Shown here in pieces: positions 28,402 through 38,106 of a DNA stretch of 64,000 nt. The stretch comes from Myxococcota bacterium (GTDB lineage Bacteria > Myxococcota_A > Polyangia > Polyangiales > Houyiibacteriaceae): the NCBI GenBank assembly GCA_039030515.1, contig JBCCEA010000002.1, positions 32,001 through 96,000 of the forward strand, read 5' to 3'. The stretch's first letter is position 1. The number at the start of each line of letters is the position of its first letter. Both the position numbers and the translations under genes were made by a program. Below the pieces are notes generated by a model. It worked only from the letters and a program-made list of their open reading frames with translations. It ran no database searches and was not told where the DNA came from.

Positions 28402-30836
28402 TTTTGCGTCTCCTCCAGGCTCTGAGCCTGCATGTATTGTCCAAGTCCCTGCACGAACCCACTGCGTTCGTCAGGACTCCACTCGAAACTAAATGCTCCC
28501 GTGCTGCGCTCGGCGCGGATGTAGTCGATTAGGAAGTCGTAGTACGCGTCTGAAGCCGCCAGCTCGGCCGTGATCGCATCGTTTTGGGCATCGATAAGTC
28601 GGATGATGTCGGTCTGGCCGGTCCGGTACTGTTCCACGACGACTTCCAGGTTGTTCCTCGATGCCTCAGCAGCTTGCTCTGAAAGTTCCACGGCCGGTCC
28701 GGTCGACCCTGCCTGCTGGAAATTCTGACGAACTTGGGACTCGATTTGCTGAACCAGGTCGTCTTTCTCGGTGCGCAGCTGCCGTAACTCAGCTCGGGTC
28801 TGCTGAATCTCCGCGCGACGCCCGGTGCCTTCGAAGAACGGTACGGTCAGGGACACGCCCATATTCCAGGCAAAGTCGTCACGGGGGAAGGCGACGGTAT
28901 CCGTTCCGATTTCGATCGGGTCGAGATCGTCTCCACCCTCGCCGCCTCGGACCACGGTGTGGGTGATGCCGCCGGTGGCCACTATGGTCGGGAGATAGTA
29001 CGCCCGGCGCAAACCGGTGAGGTTGGCTTCGGTAGCGGCGATGCTGGCGTCCAGCTCACGTATCTCGGGGGTCTGGGCAAGGGCTTTTTGCACCATGAAG
29101 TCTCGAAACACGCGGAAGGTATAGGGATTGGTGATCAGGCCTCGCACGGCAGGGTCGAAGATCACAATGGGCGGAGGGCCTGCGTCCATGCCCGGAGTAG
29201 AAAACTCTTCTTCAAGGGGACGATTCATGATCCGGTTGAGCTCGACCTCGGACTGGCTTCGGGTCTGATACGCGGAAATCACGTCGATGCGGTTCTGAGC
29301 GATCTCCGACTGCCAGCGATAAACCTCGTCGACACCCGAGCGACCGACATTCAGCCGGATTTGCGCAAGGGAGAGATTGCGCCGGGTTCGCGCTAGGTTG
29401 TCGCGCTGCAGGCTTTCGTTGTTCTTGTTCCGCTGCACGTTGAGATACGCCTCGGCAGCCTCCAAGACGAGATCCAGACGCACGGCGCTAAACTCGTACT
29501 CGCGCGCGCGCTGAAGTTCAGATTGGGTATCGAGATTGGCGTAGGCCTCGGGGTCGAAGAGCAGCTGCTCACCGGTCAACTCCCACTGCCCGGTGCGCTG
29601 CGCCTGGCCTACCGACGTGGCGCCGTCAGGGTCGATCTCGGAGTAGCTGGCGCCGCCTTCAACTGTGGGTACAAAGTTTGCGCGGGACTGCCAGACGTCG
29701 TACTCGCCCGCCTCCACGGTGATCCCCGCTACCTGAAGAGAAAGATTGGCGCTGAGGGCGTTGCGTATTGCCTCGAGGAGACCGATTTCTGGCGCCTCCG
29801 AGTCCTGAGTGTTGAGCAGCTCTGCTTCGGTCAGCACCTCGAAACGAGGGTAGGCACCGATCCGCCGTGCCGTCGCCATGTTGATGACGAGTTCCGATAG
29901 GGGCTCAAAGTCCACAGGAAACTCCGAGGCCGGCTCGCCGTAAGCCACACGCTCGAGGAAGAAGGCGATCCGCCGAAAACGACGTGAGTAATCGCTTTGC
30001 GGGGTGAAGGTCGCAAACGCTCCCAGTTCGACCCAGCGACGCCCGGTCGAAGCGATCGTGAGAATACGTCGATCTGCAAGTCCCGCGAGCAGTCGGGAAA
30101 TCTCTTGTTCCGGTAGCGACGGGAGTGCAGCAACGTAGACCGCATCGGCATCTTCCGGAACCGCTTCGAGCACCGCTTCTGCGGTGCCGCCCGTCCAGAC
30201 GATCTCCGCTTCGAGGCCGTAGGGGGCGGTGAGTTCGCGAACGACTCGTTGCGACTCGGGCACTGCATCTTCGAGATAGCGTTCAAGCAACACTGCAACC
30301 CGCCGCACCGGCTTGTGGGTGAGTTCGTCAACGCGAGAAAGGTCGTCGCCGAGGGTGACAAGCCCGGTAAGGTAAGCGAGGTTCTTTCGCCCGCTCTTTT
30401 CACCATCCCGAGGCAGGCCCTGCAAATCGTCGACGGCGAACGGCAAAAGCACCGGTTTTGAAAACTCGGTTCGTTGCGCGCAAACCGCGGCGGCCATCGC
30501 CCCGAAGGCGACGACGACATCTGTATCGGGTGCAGCAAGAGCCGCCTCAAGAGCGCGCGCCACACCATCACGGGAAAAGTCACCGACGTGCTGGGGAGCT
30601 TCGGGATAGCGCAGTTGGACGGCCGGCTCGAGAAGCGCACGCGCCTCCTCGCCGAGGTGAACGCTCTCCGCTTCGAAGAACTCGCCGGGCCCGTCGACCA
30701 CGACGCCGACGCTCAGACTCCGCTGTTCCTGAGCATCCGCCGCGGGTGCAAAAACCGTCAAGCTCGAGCCTAAGAGGCTGAAAGCGATGATCAAAATCCT
30801 AAAAATGGGTCCGGTGTATGTAGCTCGATATGGCAC
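28398..30836 (-). CDS. TolC-family outer membrane factor with an N-terminal ABC-type solute-binding-like domain
   Basis: C-terminal ~460 aa has two OEP repeats (EAIRNALSANL, AEAYLNV, YYLPTI, YRTGQTDIIRLIDAQ). N-terminal ~340 aa is alpha/beta and ends in ELVINMATARRIG. Confidence 0.85.
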   Translation of the reverse strand: MPYRATYTGPIFRILIIAFSLLGSSLTVFAPAADAQEQRSLSVGVVVDGPGEFFEAESVHLGEEARALLEPAVQLRYPEAPQHVGDFSRDGVARALEAALAAPDTDVVVAFGAMAAAVCAQRTEFSKPVLLPFAVDDLQGLPRDGEKSGRKNLAYLTGLVTLGDDLSRVDELTHKPVRRVAVLLERYLEDAVPESQRVVRELTAPYGLEAEIVWTGGTAEAVLEAVPEDADAVYVAALPSLPEQEISRLLAGLADRRILTIASTGRRWVELGAFATFTPQSDYSRRFRRIAFFLERVAYGEPASEFPVDFEPLSELVINMATARRIGAYPRFEVLTEAELLNTQDSEAPEIGLLEAIRNALSANLSLQVAGITVEAGEYDVWQSRANFVPTVEGGASYSEIDPDGATSVGQAQRTGQWELTGEQLLFDPEAYANLDTQSELQRAREYEFSAVRLDLVLEAAEAYLNVQRNKNNESLQRDNLARTRRNLSLAQIRLNVGRSGVDEVYRWQSEIAQNRIDVISAYQTRSQSEVELNRIMNRPLEEEFSTPGMDAGPPPIVIFDPAVRGLITNPYTFRVFRDFMVQKALAQTPEIRELDASIAATEANLTGLRRAYYLPTIVATGGITHTVVRGGEGGDDLDPIEIGTDTVAFPRDDFAWNMGVSLTVPFFEGTGRRAEIQQTRAELRQLRTEKDDLVQQIESQVRQNFQQAGSTGPAVELSEQAAEASRNNLEVVVEQYRTGQTDIIRLIDAQNDAITAELAASDAYYDFLIDYIRAERSTGAFSFEWSPDERSGFVQGLGQYMQAQSLEETQK

Positions 30837-31094
30837 GTAGGTACCTCCGCGCCGGCGAACCTAGTGGAACCGGGGCGTTCACGCCATGACAACTGCGTGA
30901 TTCGTCAGAGCGGCGCGTCTGTGAGCCCATCTCGACCTTCAGACCGGAGGCTTGTCGTATTCAGCGCGATCGATGGTTCACTGCCGCACTGGGCGCTGGA
31001 TTCGGCAAGGCTCTGTGTCACCCTGTGGGCACGATGATGTCAGGAGAAAGCCGCGGGCGACGCGGTCTGTCCGTCCGATACACGGTCAGGGGTC

Positions 31095-32222
31095 ATGACT
31101 GACCGTGCACTCAACCTCCTCCCAGCCTGGGAAGCGACGGCAAATTTTCTGAACGCGGACGATTGCGGAGCCTTTGCAAAAACCGCCCCATTCATGCGTC
31201 GGATCATCAGGCGCGAGAATGCTCCGCCATATTGGTCTGCGGCTTTGTATTTCGAGGGAAACGGCGTGGCCACTTCTGCGGTGACGTGGTCTCCAAACCG
31301 TAAGATCGTCGCCGCAGGTTCCTCCGCAGGAACCATCAAGATCAGATATCTCGACGGCAAATCGCCGGAGTTGGCGCTCGACGAATGTTCGAGCACCCCC
31401 GTTTCATCGCTCGCGTTCTCCCCAGATGGCCGGTTCCTCGCTTCCGCCTACAGGAGCGGGCTCGTCGCACTACATCGAACGCAGCCAAGGACGAGGGGCT
31501 GGAGTTACTGCAGTACGCTATGCCCTCCGGAAACGCCCTCAAACGCTACACGTCCCGAACGCGTGCATACGCTGACGTGGTGCCCAAGGAGCCAGTATCT
31601 CGCCTGCAGCAGTGGCGCTCGAGTCGATGTTTGGGAAAACAGTCCGTATGTGAAAATTGAAAACCGTGTATTTAGAAAAAATGGCAGTTGCCAAGCCCTC
31701 CCTAAGTCGGGTGCGATAACCTGCCTGGCGTTTGAACCTGACGGGGGTGATTCATTATCCCTGGGTACCGAGCGGGGAGACTTTCTGTGTAGGAGGAACG
31801 TCCGGAGGCCAACACGGATGTTTTTGACCGGCGGCCCCCGGGCGCGCCGTCGTCACGAGGGGGCGATCTCGTCGCTTGCTTGGTCGCGTGACGGAACCCG
31901 TCTCGTCACCGGAGGCGCTGACAAAGCGATCAGGTTTTGGGAACCGCCCAAAACAGAGTGCACGAGGAGCTTACCCGTCGGTCACGAGGTCGACACGGTT
32001 GCCTGGTCTCCAGATGGCGCATACGTGACCACGATCCTTCGCGACGGGAAGATCAGAGTTTCGAATGCAAATACTGGTGATACGCGCGGCAATCGGTCAA
32101 GGGTTCCAAACCCTGCAGTAGAGTCACCGACGTGCTCCGCTTGTTCCCCGAGTGGTCGGTACGTCGCGCTCGGCTATCCGGATGGCTCGGTACAGCTACA
32201 TCGAGCGCCAAATCCACCCTGA
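31095..32222 (+). CDS. WD40-repeat beta-propeller protein
   Basis: Repeated blades: VTWSPN, LAFSPDG, LAFEPDG, LAWSRDG, VAWSPDG. Confidence 0.8.
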   Translation: MTDRALNLLPAWEATANFLNADDCGAFAKTAPFMRRIIRRENAPPYWSAALYFEGNGVATSAVTWSPNRKIVAAGSSAGTIKIRYLDGKSPELALDECSSTPVSSLAFSPDGRFLASAYRSGLVALHRTQPRTRGWSYCSTLCPPETPSNATRPERVHTLTWCPRSQYLACSSGARVDVWENSPYVKIENRVFRKNGSCQALPKSGAITCLAFEPDGGDSLSLGTERGDFLCRRNVRRPTRMFLTGGPRARRRHEGAISSLAWSRDGTRLVTGGADKAIRFWEPPKTECTRSLPVGHEVDTVAWSPDGAYVTTILRDGKIRVSNANTGDTRGNRSRVPNPAVESPTCSACSPSGRYVALGYPDGSVQLHRAPNPP

Positions 32223-32347
32223 ACAGCCACGTACTCGTCAGAGTTCCTCAATAATTGCGTTCCGAGAAACTTATTTCGTTTTTTGTGCAAAATTCATGTT
32301 GTGAGCATGCAGCATGCAAAGTTCTTCCACTCGCCTTTGAGTCGGTT

Positions 32348-33181
32348 CTACCTCAAGCGCAGCAGGCGCCGCAGTAGCTTCTGTTGTTTTGCAACAAGGG
32401 CGTGAAAACGTGCGGGGGCAGCTCGCTTGAGGCGCCAGAGCAGGCGGCCGTCCCGCATCGGTAGCGCATAGAGTTCACCAGCTTCGGCGCGATCGAGTGC
32501 GACGCGTGCCACGTCTGCTGCCTTTAGCTTGGCGCGCTTCATCGCCTGTTCGATCAAGCGTTTGCGCTGGCGCAGGTCCTGTTCAGTTCCTCGCATGGCG
32601 CCCGCAATCCGGCTCGAGAAAAAAGTCGGACACAGCACCGTCACCCCGACGCCGTGTGGGGCAAGCTCGCCATACAGGGTCTCACTCAGGGCGATCACTC
32701 CTGCTTTGCTGACGTTGTAGGGCGCCATTTCAGGCAGGGAGGCAAATCCGGCGGCCGAGGCGACATTCAGAATCCAGCCGCGTCCCCGTTCTTTCATTGC
32801 CGGAGCAAAAGCACGACAGCCGTGAATGACGCCCCAAAGATTGATGTCGACTCCCCAGCGCCAATCTTCGAGAGAAACCGCTTCAAAAGGGCCAGAAACC
32901 GCGACCCCGGCGTTATTGACCACCATATCGACGCCGCGAAGGACATGCACCGAACGCTCTGCCAGGGCACTGACATCCTCAGAATTCGACACGTCGCACA
33001 CCACAACCGTGGCTTCGCGTCCCATCTCGCGAACCAGAGCAGCGGTCTCATTGGCGGCAGCTTCATCGATATCGCTGCAGACGAGCCGGGCATTTCGTCG
33101 AGCCAACTCTAGACAAAAGGCGCGACCTAAACCACTACCGGAACCGGTAACCACCGCGCATAAACCGCTTGGATACGCCAT
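32348..33181 (-). CDS. Short-chain dehydrogenase/reductase
   Basis: VTGSGSGLG, NNAGV, NVASAAG, YNVSK. Confidence 0.93.
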   Translation of the reverse strand: MAYPSGLCAVVTGSGSGLGRAFCLELARRNARLVCSDIDEAAANETAALVREMGREATVVVCDVSNSEDVSALAERSVHVLRGVDMVVNNAGVAVSGPFEAVSLEDWRWGVDINLWGVIHGCRAFAPAMKERGRGWILNVASAAGFASLPEMAPYNVSKAGVIALSETLYGELAPHGVGVTVLCPTFFSSRIAGAMRGTEQDLRQRKRLIEQAMKRAKLKAADVARVALDRAEAGELYALPMRDGRLLWRLKRAAPARFHALVAKQQKLLRRLLRLR

Positions 33182-33309
33182 CCTCAGAGCAGTACGGCAA
33201 CCGAGGAGGGATGTCGAGTACAGCGCAGACGCGAGGACATATCCTTCAAGCGTCGAACCGGGGGCATGCCGGGGCGCGAAGCCATGCCAACCTCATCTGG
33301 CGAAGCCTC

Positions 33310-33356
33310 GCTAAAGGTTGAGGCTCTAGATTTTCAGGGATCTAGAGTTTGAGGGA
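33310..33356. repeat. Degenerate 15-16 bp tandem repeat x~3 spanning the AdoMetDC stop codon
   Basis: TCTAGATTTTCAGGGA (33325) vs TCTAGAGTTTGAGGGA (33341), 14/16 identical; weaker copy GCTAAAGGTTGAGGC at 33310. Confidence 0.6.
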
Positions 33357-34292
33357 TGCAGCCCGACAAGCAGACCTCGGCGGACGAAAAAAGTGCTTGA
33401 ACGTCACATGATATCCGCTGAGCGGCTCGAGCACATCGCTGCGCAGGGCATAGCCTCTCACGTCGACATGGAGGTGCTCGGCGTCTGGAGCAAAGTAGAT
33501 CACGTCAAAAGATTCAGGACGAAACATGCGCACCACTTTTTCGACGATGGTCGAAAGATGGAAACCAAAGTCGTGATTCGTTTCAAAGCTGGCGTAACTT
33601 CCCTCTCTCTCGGGAGTCACGTGAATCGTGACGTAGCCATCCTCATGCAAACCGTTTAACGAATATCCGGCTGGCTCAAACACGTGTTCGTCGAGTCGAA
33701 AATCCGGTAGAAGATCGGCAAGGCCCACGTGCCTGGCGACCGAACTTGCCGCAGATGCCGCTCCACCCCGAAAGTTGGCGGCACACGATTCGTCGATGCC
33801 GTACATCAACACCTCGAGGGTGCGGTCGTGCTCTTCGGGGTGGTACGGACGCGTGGTGTGGAACATGCGAACGGAATGCTCATGCTCCACCCCGAAACGA
33901 ACCGCTCTGCCCTCCACCAGCTGCTGCAGGCGGCGAGCATCCTCAAAAAAACTGGTAGACTGCGCCTGAGGAAAGACCTCGTTTTTTCGCTCGAAAATCA
34001 AATACTCGAGCTGATCGAGATCGACGAAACCGAGTATTTCAACCGCAGCGTCCACCAGTCGCGTCCGGCCGCAGGTGATCATCGTCACGAAGCTATCGAA
34101 GACAAAGAGGCTCGACTCGCTCAGTAGATAAGCATCGCAGGAGTCGCTAGAAAGCACCGAGATCACCTGGGCCTGTGCTGCCTGGACCACCCGCTCCCAG
34201 CGGGCGCGCGGCATGGCTCTCAACGAGGGGCGATGGCTCTTGACTGAGAGCTCCAGCTTTTTCTCCGCTCCTTCAAAGAATGCAAAGGTCAT
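33342..34292 (-). CDS. speD: S-adenosylmethionine decarboxylase, eukaryote-type pyruvoyl proenzyme
   Basis: FEGAEKKLE, AYLLSESSLFV (E-S cleavage site), TCG, GYSLN, TIHVTPE, SYASFETN. Confidence 0.88.
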   Translation of the reverse strand: MTFAFFEGAEKKLELSVKSHRPSLRAMPRARWERVVQAAQAQVISVLSSDSCDAYLLSESSLFVFDSFVTMITCGRTRLVDAAVEILGFVDLDQLEYLIFERKNEVFPQAQSTSFFEDARRLQQLVEGRAVRFGVEHEHSVRMFHTTRPYHPEEHDRTLEVLMYGIDESCAANFRGGAASAASSVARHVGLADLLPDFRLDEHVFEPAGYSLNGLHEDGYVTIHVTPEREGSYASFETNHDFGFHLSTIVEKVVRMFRPESFDVIYFAPDAEHLHVDVRGYALRSDVLEPLSGYHVTFKHFFRPPRSACRAASLKL

Positions 34293-34379
34293 GGATTCTG
34301 ACGCCTGGGATGAGACTGCCGGGCCGGCGTCTCTTGCCCGAATCTGCGGCGGGATGCAAACCGGGTCTAAGATCGGGCG

Positions 34380-35987
34380 TTAATCAACAAGGCCCGCCAC
34401 CTGAGCCGCCGAAAATACGTAGTCCAGGGGGAAGTCTATCTCGCTGAGTCGCGTGCCGTGACCGGGAAGCTCGAGAATCTCTTCAGACCTTCGGTCGGTT
34501 CCTGCGTATTGATGGCATCCCACGCAATTGGTCGCTGCATTGCCCGCGCCCTGCTCTATGTAGGGGTTGCTGCACCACGAGGCTCCGTGCGGGCGAGAAA
34601 CCTGCTCCAACGCAGCAGCCAAAGAATCATCTACGGCCCCGCCGCGAGGGTCCGGATCGGCCTCGGTGAAGTCGGTCGCTACGCACATTTTATAGTCTCG
34701 CAGGGGGGTGTCGAAGAGCATCGGCGGACGGTCCGCCCCGAAGTCTGTGTCCGGAGACGCAGACCACCAAAAGGAAGCCCAGGCCCAGTGATCGAGTTCC
34801 TTGGTCATCAGGTGCAGCGCGGCCAATCGAAATCGGTTTCCGCCCGGCAACTCTAGGCGGTAGATCGACTCTGGATCCGGCTCTACGGTCCCGAGAGGCT
34901 GCCACTCGGCCGGATCGCTTCGATCCGAAAGCGCCGACGCATCGGTAGCGTACTCGGGGAATTCCACGCCGAAGCCTTCTCGGCGATAGTCGACTTTCAC
35001 CACCGCCGATCCCACCGGAAAGCCACCCTCGAGGCAGGAAGTCTCAGGCGGAGGCCGCGCATCAAAATGAAGCCGAACTGCGCCTCCGGTATCGGCGGTG
35101 GGTACCGCGCGAAGCTCGAGGTCGACCGGACCCGTAGCCTCACAGCGATTTCGCGTGCAGTCTCCTCCGCCAAAAAGCTGAAGCCGAACCTCCCCTTCCG
35201 CTTCGGCCACAAAGCGTCCGTCCGCCGCAACTCGAAAAGGGCCGAGTTCCTCGACTCCGCACGAAGCAAGGTGCACGACCTGCTCGACAAATTCGGATTC
35301 TTTCACGGCGACGCGCTCCGCAGGCCGGCACTCGCTGATCGCGTCTGCGCTCTTGACCAAGTGCATCGCTGCCCGAGGGCTGTAAAGCACCCGAGAGATG
35401 CCCCCAGCGCCCCGAACCTGGGCATCCGTTTCGAGATCTGCAAGAAACGCCTCCAGCCGATTCTCTGGCCATGCCTCTTGCGACAGCACCGCTGACGTAT
35501 TCCGAGCGAAAGCCTGCTCTATCAAAGCATCCTCGGTGAACTGGTCGCCTGAGATCCCATCTTCAGGCCACTGTTCGAGGTACTGAAAAACGCGACGAAG
35601 ATCTTCAACTCCGTACCAGGTTTGGAACCGAGGGATGGGACGCTGCGCGAGCGCCCCGCGTGCCTCCACCATTTCGAACGCCCGTTGCCCCAGGGTCCAA
35701 CCGAGCTCGCGACGAATTTGCTGCGACGCCCGTAAGTCGTCACGGTACGCGCTCAGGCTGCCTTCATCTGGATACGGCGCCGCTTCACCGAGGGCGTAGC
35801 GGCCAGGTGCGCTCAAAGCTTGCGAAACCCTGGAAGTCTGGGGTCCAGAAGAAACCTCGGCGCAAGGGGAAGGCGGGCCGGCGCAGCCGATGAAACCGAG
35901 CAGGCACCACATCGAGCAAAGCCACTTCACCGGTATGAGATTCAAAAAGGCACAAAGTTCTGGAGCGTAGGAGCGAGGACCCATCAT
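34380..35987 (-). CDS. Hypothetical lipoprotein with a C-terminal CxxCH
   Basis: FIGC lipobox; WCSNPYIE...NCVGCHQ; overlaps the upstream gene stop by 4 bp. Confidence 0.7.
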   Translation of the reverse strand: MMGPRSYAPELCAFLNLIPVKWLCSMWCLLGFIGCAGPPSPCAEVSSGPQTSRVSQALSAPGRYALGEAAPYPDEGSLSAYRDDLRASQQIRRELGWTLGQRAFEMVEARGALAQRPIPRFQTWYGVEDLRRVFQYLEQWPEDGISGDQFTEDALIEQAFARNTSAVLSQEAWPENRLEAFLADLETDAQVRGAGGISRVLYSPRAAMHLVKSADAISECRPAERVAVKESEFVEQVVHLASCGVEELGPFRVAADGRFVAEAEGEVRLQLFGGGDCTRNRCEATGPVDLELRAVPTADTGGAVRLHFDARPPPETSCLEGGFPVGSAVVKVDYRREGFGVEFPEYATDASALSDRSDPAEWQPLGTVEPDPESIYRLELPGGNRFRLAALHLMTKELDHWAWASFWWSASPDTDFGADRPPMLFDTPLRDYKMCVATDFTEADPDPRGGAVDDSLAAALEQVSRPHGASWCSNPYIEQGAGNAATNCVGCHQYAGTDRRSEEILELPGHGTRLSEIDFPLDYVFSAAQVAGLVD

Positions 35988-37858
35988 TGGAGGCGCAATA
36001 CGGCATCGCTTGCGACGACATACTCCCCGCTCAGCGCATCGTCGTAGGGGTCGCGCACGATGAAGTAGATCCAGCCGTCCGATCGAAAATGCGGAAAGAG
36101 CGCGTACTGCCCGGGATTCATGCGCGTTATCCGGCGCTGATCTCCGGTAAGCAGATCGACAACGTAAATATTTGCAGCGCCGCGCTCTAGGTACGCCGCA
36201 AACTCGGGGTCGTCCGCTCCGTCAAAGCCGAACTCGACCGCATCGGACGCGTCGAGGTAGCGGTGCAGCACGAGATAGCGCTCGTCAAAACTAAACCCTA
36301 CTTTTGATCCTCGAATGCAGTACTCGGCGATCAGCGGGGCAGAGATAGCGTACGAGTCTCCCTCGGGTTCGGCATCGACCCTCCGCAAAGAAAAGCCGCT
36401 TTGAGCTCCGTCGACTCCCTCGATCCGAGATGCGACCAGTTGGCCGCTGGGTGAAAGAACCGCATCTCCCTCGCTCGGTGTCGCCACGGAAACCGCAGCT
36501 CTTGGCGAATAGGAACTGCCGTCGTAGATGATCGGCACGAAGTTCACCGAAGACGCCGAACTAAAGTCGGCCCGGAGAGGTCCGGTCGCACGATGGCCAC
36601 CATCATCGCTCACAAAGGGGCCATATACCGTCCAGTAGTCGCCTCCATCGACCGCCCCCAAATGCTGATAAAGCCCGATGCCGCTTTCTAAACTGCACTC
36701 CGGTTCTTCATAGGTGATCTCCGAAGGGCCCGAATCGAGCAGGGATTGCTCGCAAAAACCGGCCTGAGTCCCGGGGCCCACGGCCATGAGCACGAATCCG
36801 GAGTTGTCCGGGAAGAAGCCCGAGTCGTAAAGGCCGAGGGAGGGGATCACCGTCTGCCGCTCGAGGTCGATGATCGAAGCCGACGAAGCGCTACCGCCTC
36901 CATGGGCCACGTACCGCCCGTCGGCCGAGCTCCGCGTCCAAAACGAAGAGGCGTAGTCGGTGGTGAACAGAATCCTGAGCACGCCGAGTTCCGTCCATCC
37001 ATTGGTAGGGCCGCTTCCGGTCAGGGGGTAGTCGCTCAGGCAGGCCTGTCCGCTTTGCCCTTCGGCGCAGCCAAACATCGCAAGGCTGCGGTCGCGATTG
37101 AGCACGTCCCATCCCTGAGTCTCCATGTCTATCAGGTGGCCTGCGACTTCCGGACCGACGTAGGGCGCGCAATCTTTACCACCTCCCGGGACCTGTTCTT
37201 CCAAGAGCGGCAAGCCCCGGCGCACCCAGCTGAGCAACAGATCCAGCTCGCTTTGGGTGAGGTCGCGATCCGGCAGCGGTTCCCCGTCGGAATCCACCGC
37301 GGGGGGCGGCATGGTCACGGACCCTCGGCGTTGAGCGATGCGGAGCGCCGATTCCCCCGCGTAGGCCACCTCAAAGAGTTGGCGGAACCATAAAAGGGGC
37401 GCCGCGGTCGTCAGAAAACCCATCGCTTCCGGGTCGAGAGACGTGGCTCCATCTGCCTCATCGCTCGAGGCCCCATCGGTGAGGCAGTTCCAAATCTCCG
37501 CCGCTTGAGCGGGCAAAGCGGGATCGCGGGCACCGATGCAGTCGAGCGCCGCATTGGTGTGATCCCCCCAGCGGCGAATTTGAGAGACGGTGAGCCCGTG
37601 GCACTCCTGACAGCGACGTTCCCCGTCTCCAGCTGCCGCGATCACGGCATACGCTTGAGCGGCGAGGTCGGCGTCCTGCAGTGTCGACTCCGTGTACAAA
37701 ATCAGGTCTTGGGGGAAGCCGCCGTCGCTTGGCAAGGAGCGACCACCATCACGACACCCCGCGAGCAAAAGTTCGGGCAGCAGCGCGAGGACTACCAGGC
37801 AGGGTCGAAGGGTCTTTCGTCCAAAAAGTTCTCTGATCACAGGACCTTCAGTGGCCAT
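35984..37858 (-). CDS. Hypothetical lipoprotein with an N-terminal CxxCH and a C-terminal TolB-like beta-propeller
   Basis: LAGC lipobox; CQECH; blade motifs SADGRY, FFPDNS, LSPSGQ, FSFDERY, FRSDGW. Confidence 0.72.
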   Translation of the reverse strand: MATEGPVIRELFGRKTLRPCLVVLALLPELLLAGCRDGGRSLPSDGGFPQDLILYTESTLQDADLAAQAYAVIAAAGDGERRCQECHGLTVSQIRRWGDHTNAALDCIGARDPALPAQAAEIWNCLTDGASSDEADGATSLDPEAMGFLTTAAPLLWFRQLFEVAYAGESALRIAQRRGSVTMPPPAVDSDGEPLPDRDLTQSELDLLLSWVRRGLPLLEEQVPGGGKDCAPYVGPEVAGHLIDMETQGWDVLNRDRSLAMFGCAEGQSGQACLSDYPLTGSGPTNGWTELGVLRILFTTDYASSFWTRSSADGRYVAHGGGSASSASIIDLERQTVIPSLGLYDSGFFPDNSGFVLMAVGPGTQAGFCEQSLLDSGPSEITYEEPECSLESGIGLYQHLGAVDGGDYWTVYGPFVSDDGGHRATGPLRADFSSASSVNFVPIIYDGSSYSPRAAVSVATPSEGDAVLSPSGQLVASRIEGVDGAQSGFSLRRVDAEPEGDSYAISAPLIAEYCIRGSKVGFSFDERYLVLHRYLDASDAVEFGFDGADDPEFAAYLERGAANIYVVDLLTGDQRRITRMNPGQYALFPHFRSDGWIYFIVRDPYDDALSGEYVVASDAVLRLQ

Positions 37859-38106
37859 ATTCGCGCCAAACGAGCCAGATCTACAAGATAGTCACCGGTC
37901 ACGGTGAACGCGACCGTTCAGAATAAAAATGTAGTGTCTCAACAAAGGAATGTCCAAGACCGGCAGATGCGGCTGGTCTGCGACGGCACATCCCGAGCGC
38001 CATCCGCCGCATGCAGTTGCGCACGGACCACCACTCGACCGTCGCCTAAGCAGGCTCTGGGGCGAGCAGCGATTGAAGACTACGCCGAACAGGCCAAACT
38101 AAAGCA

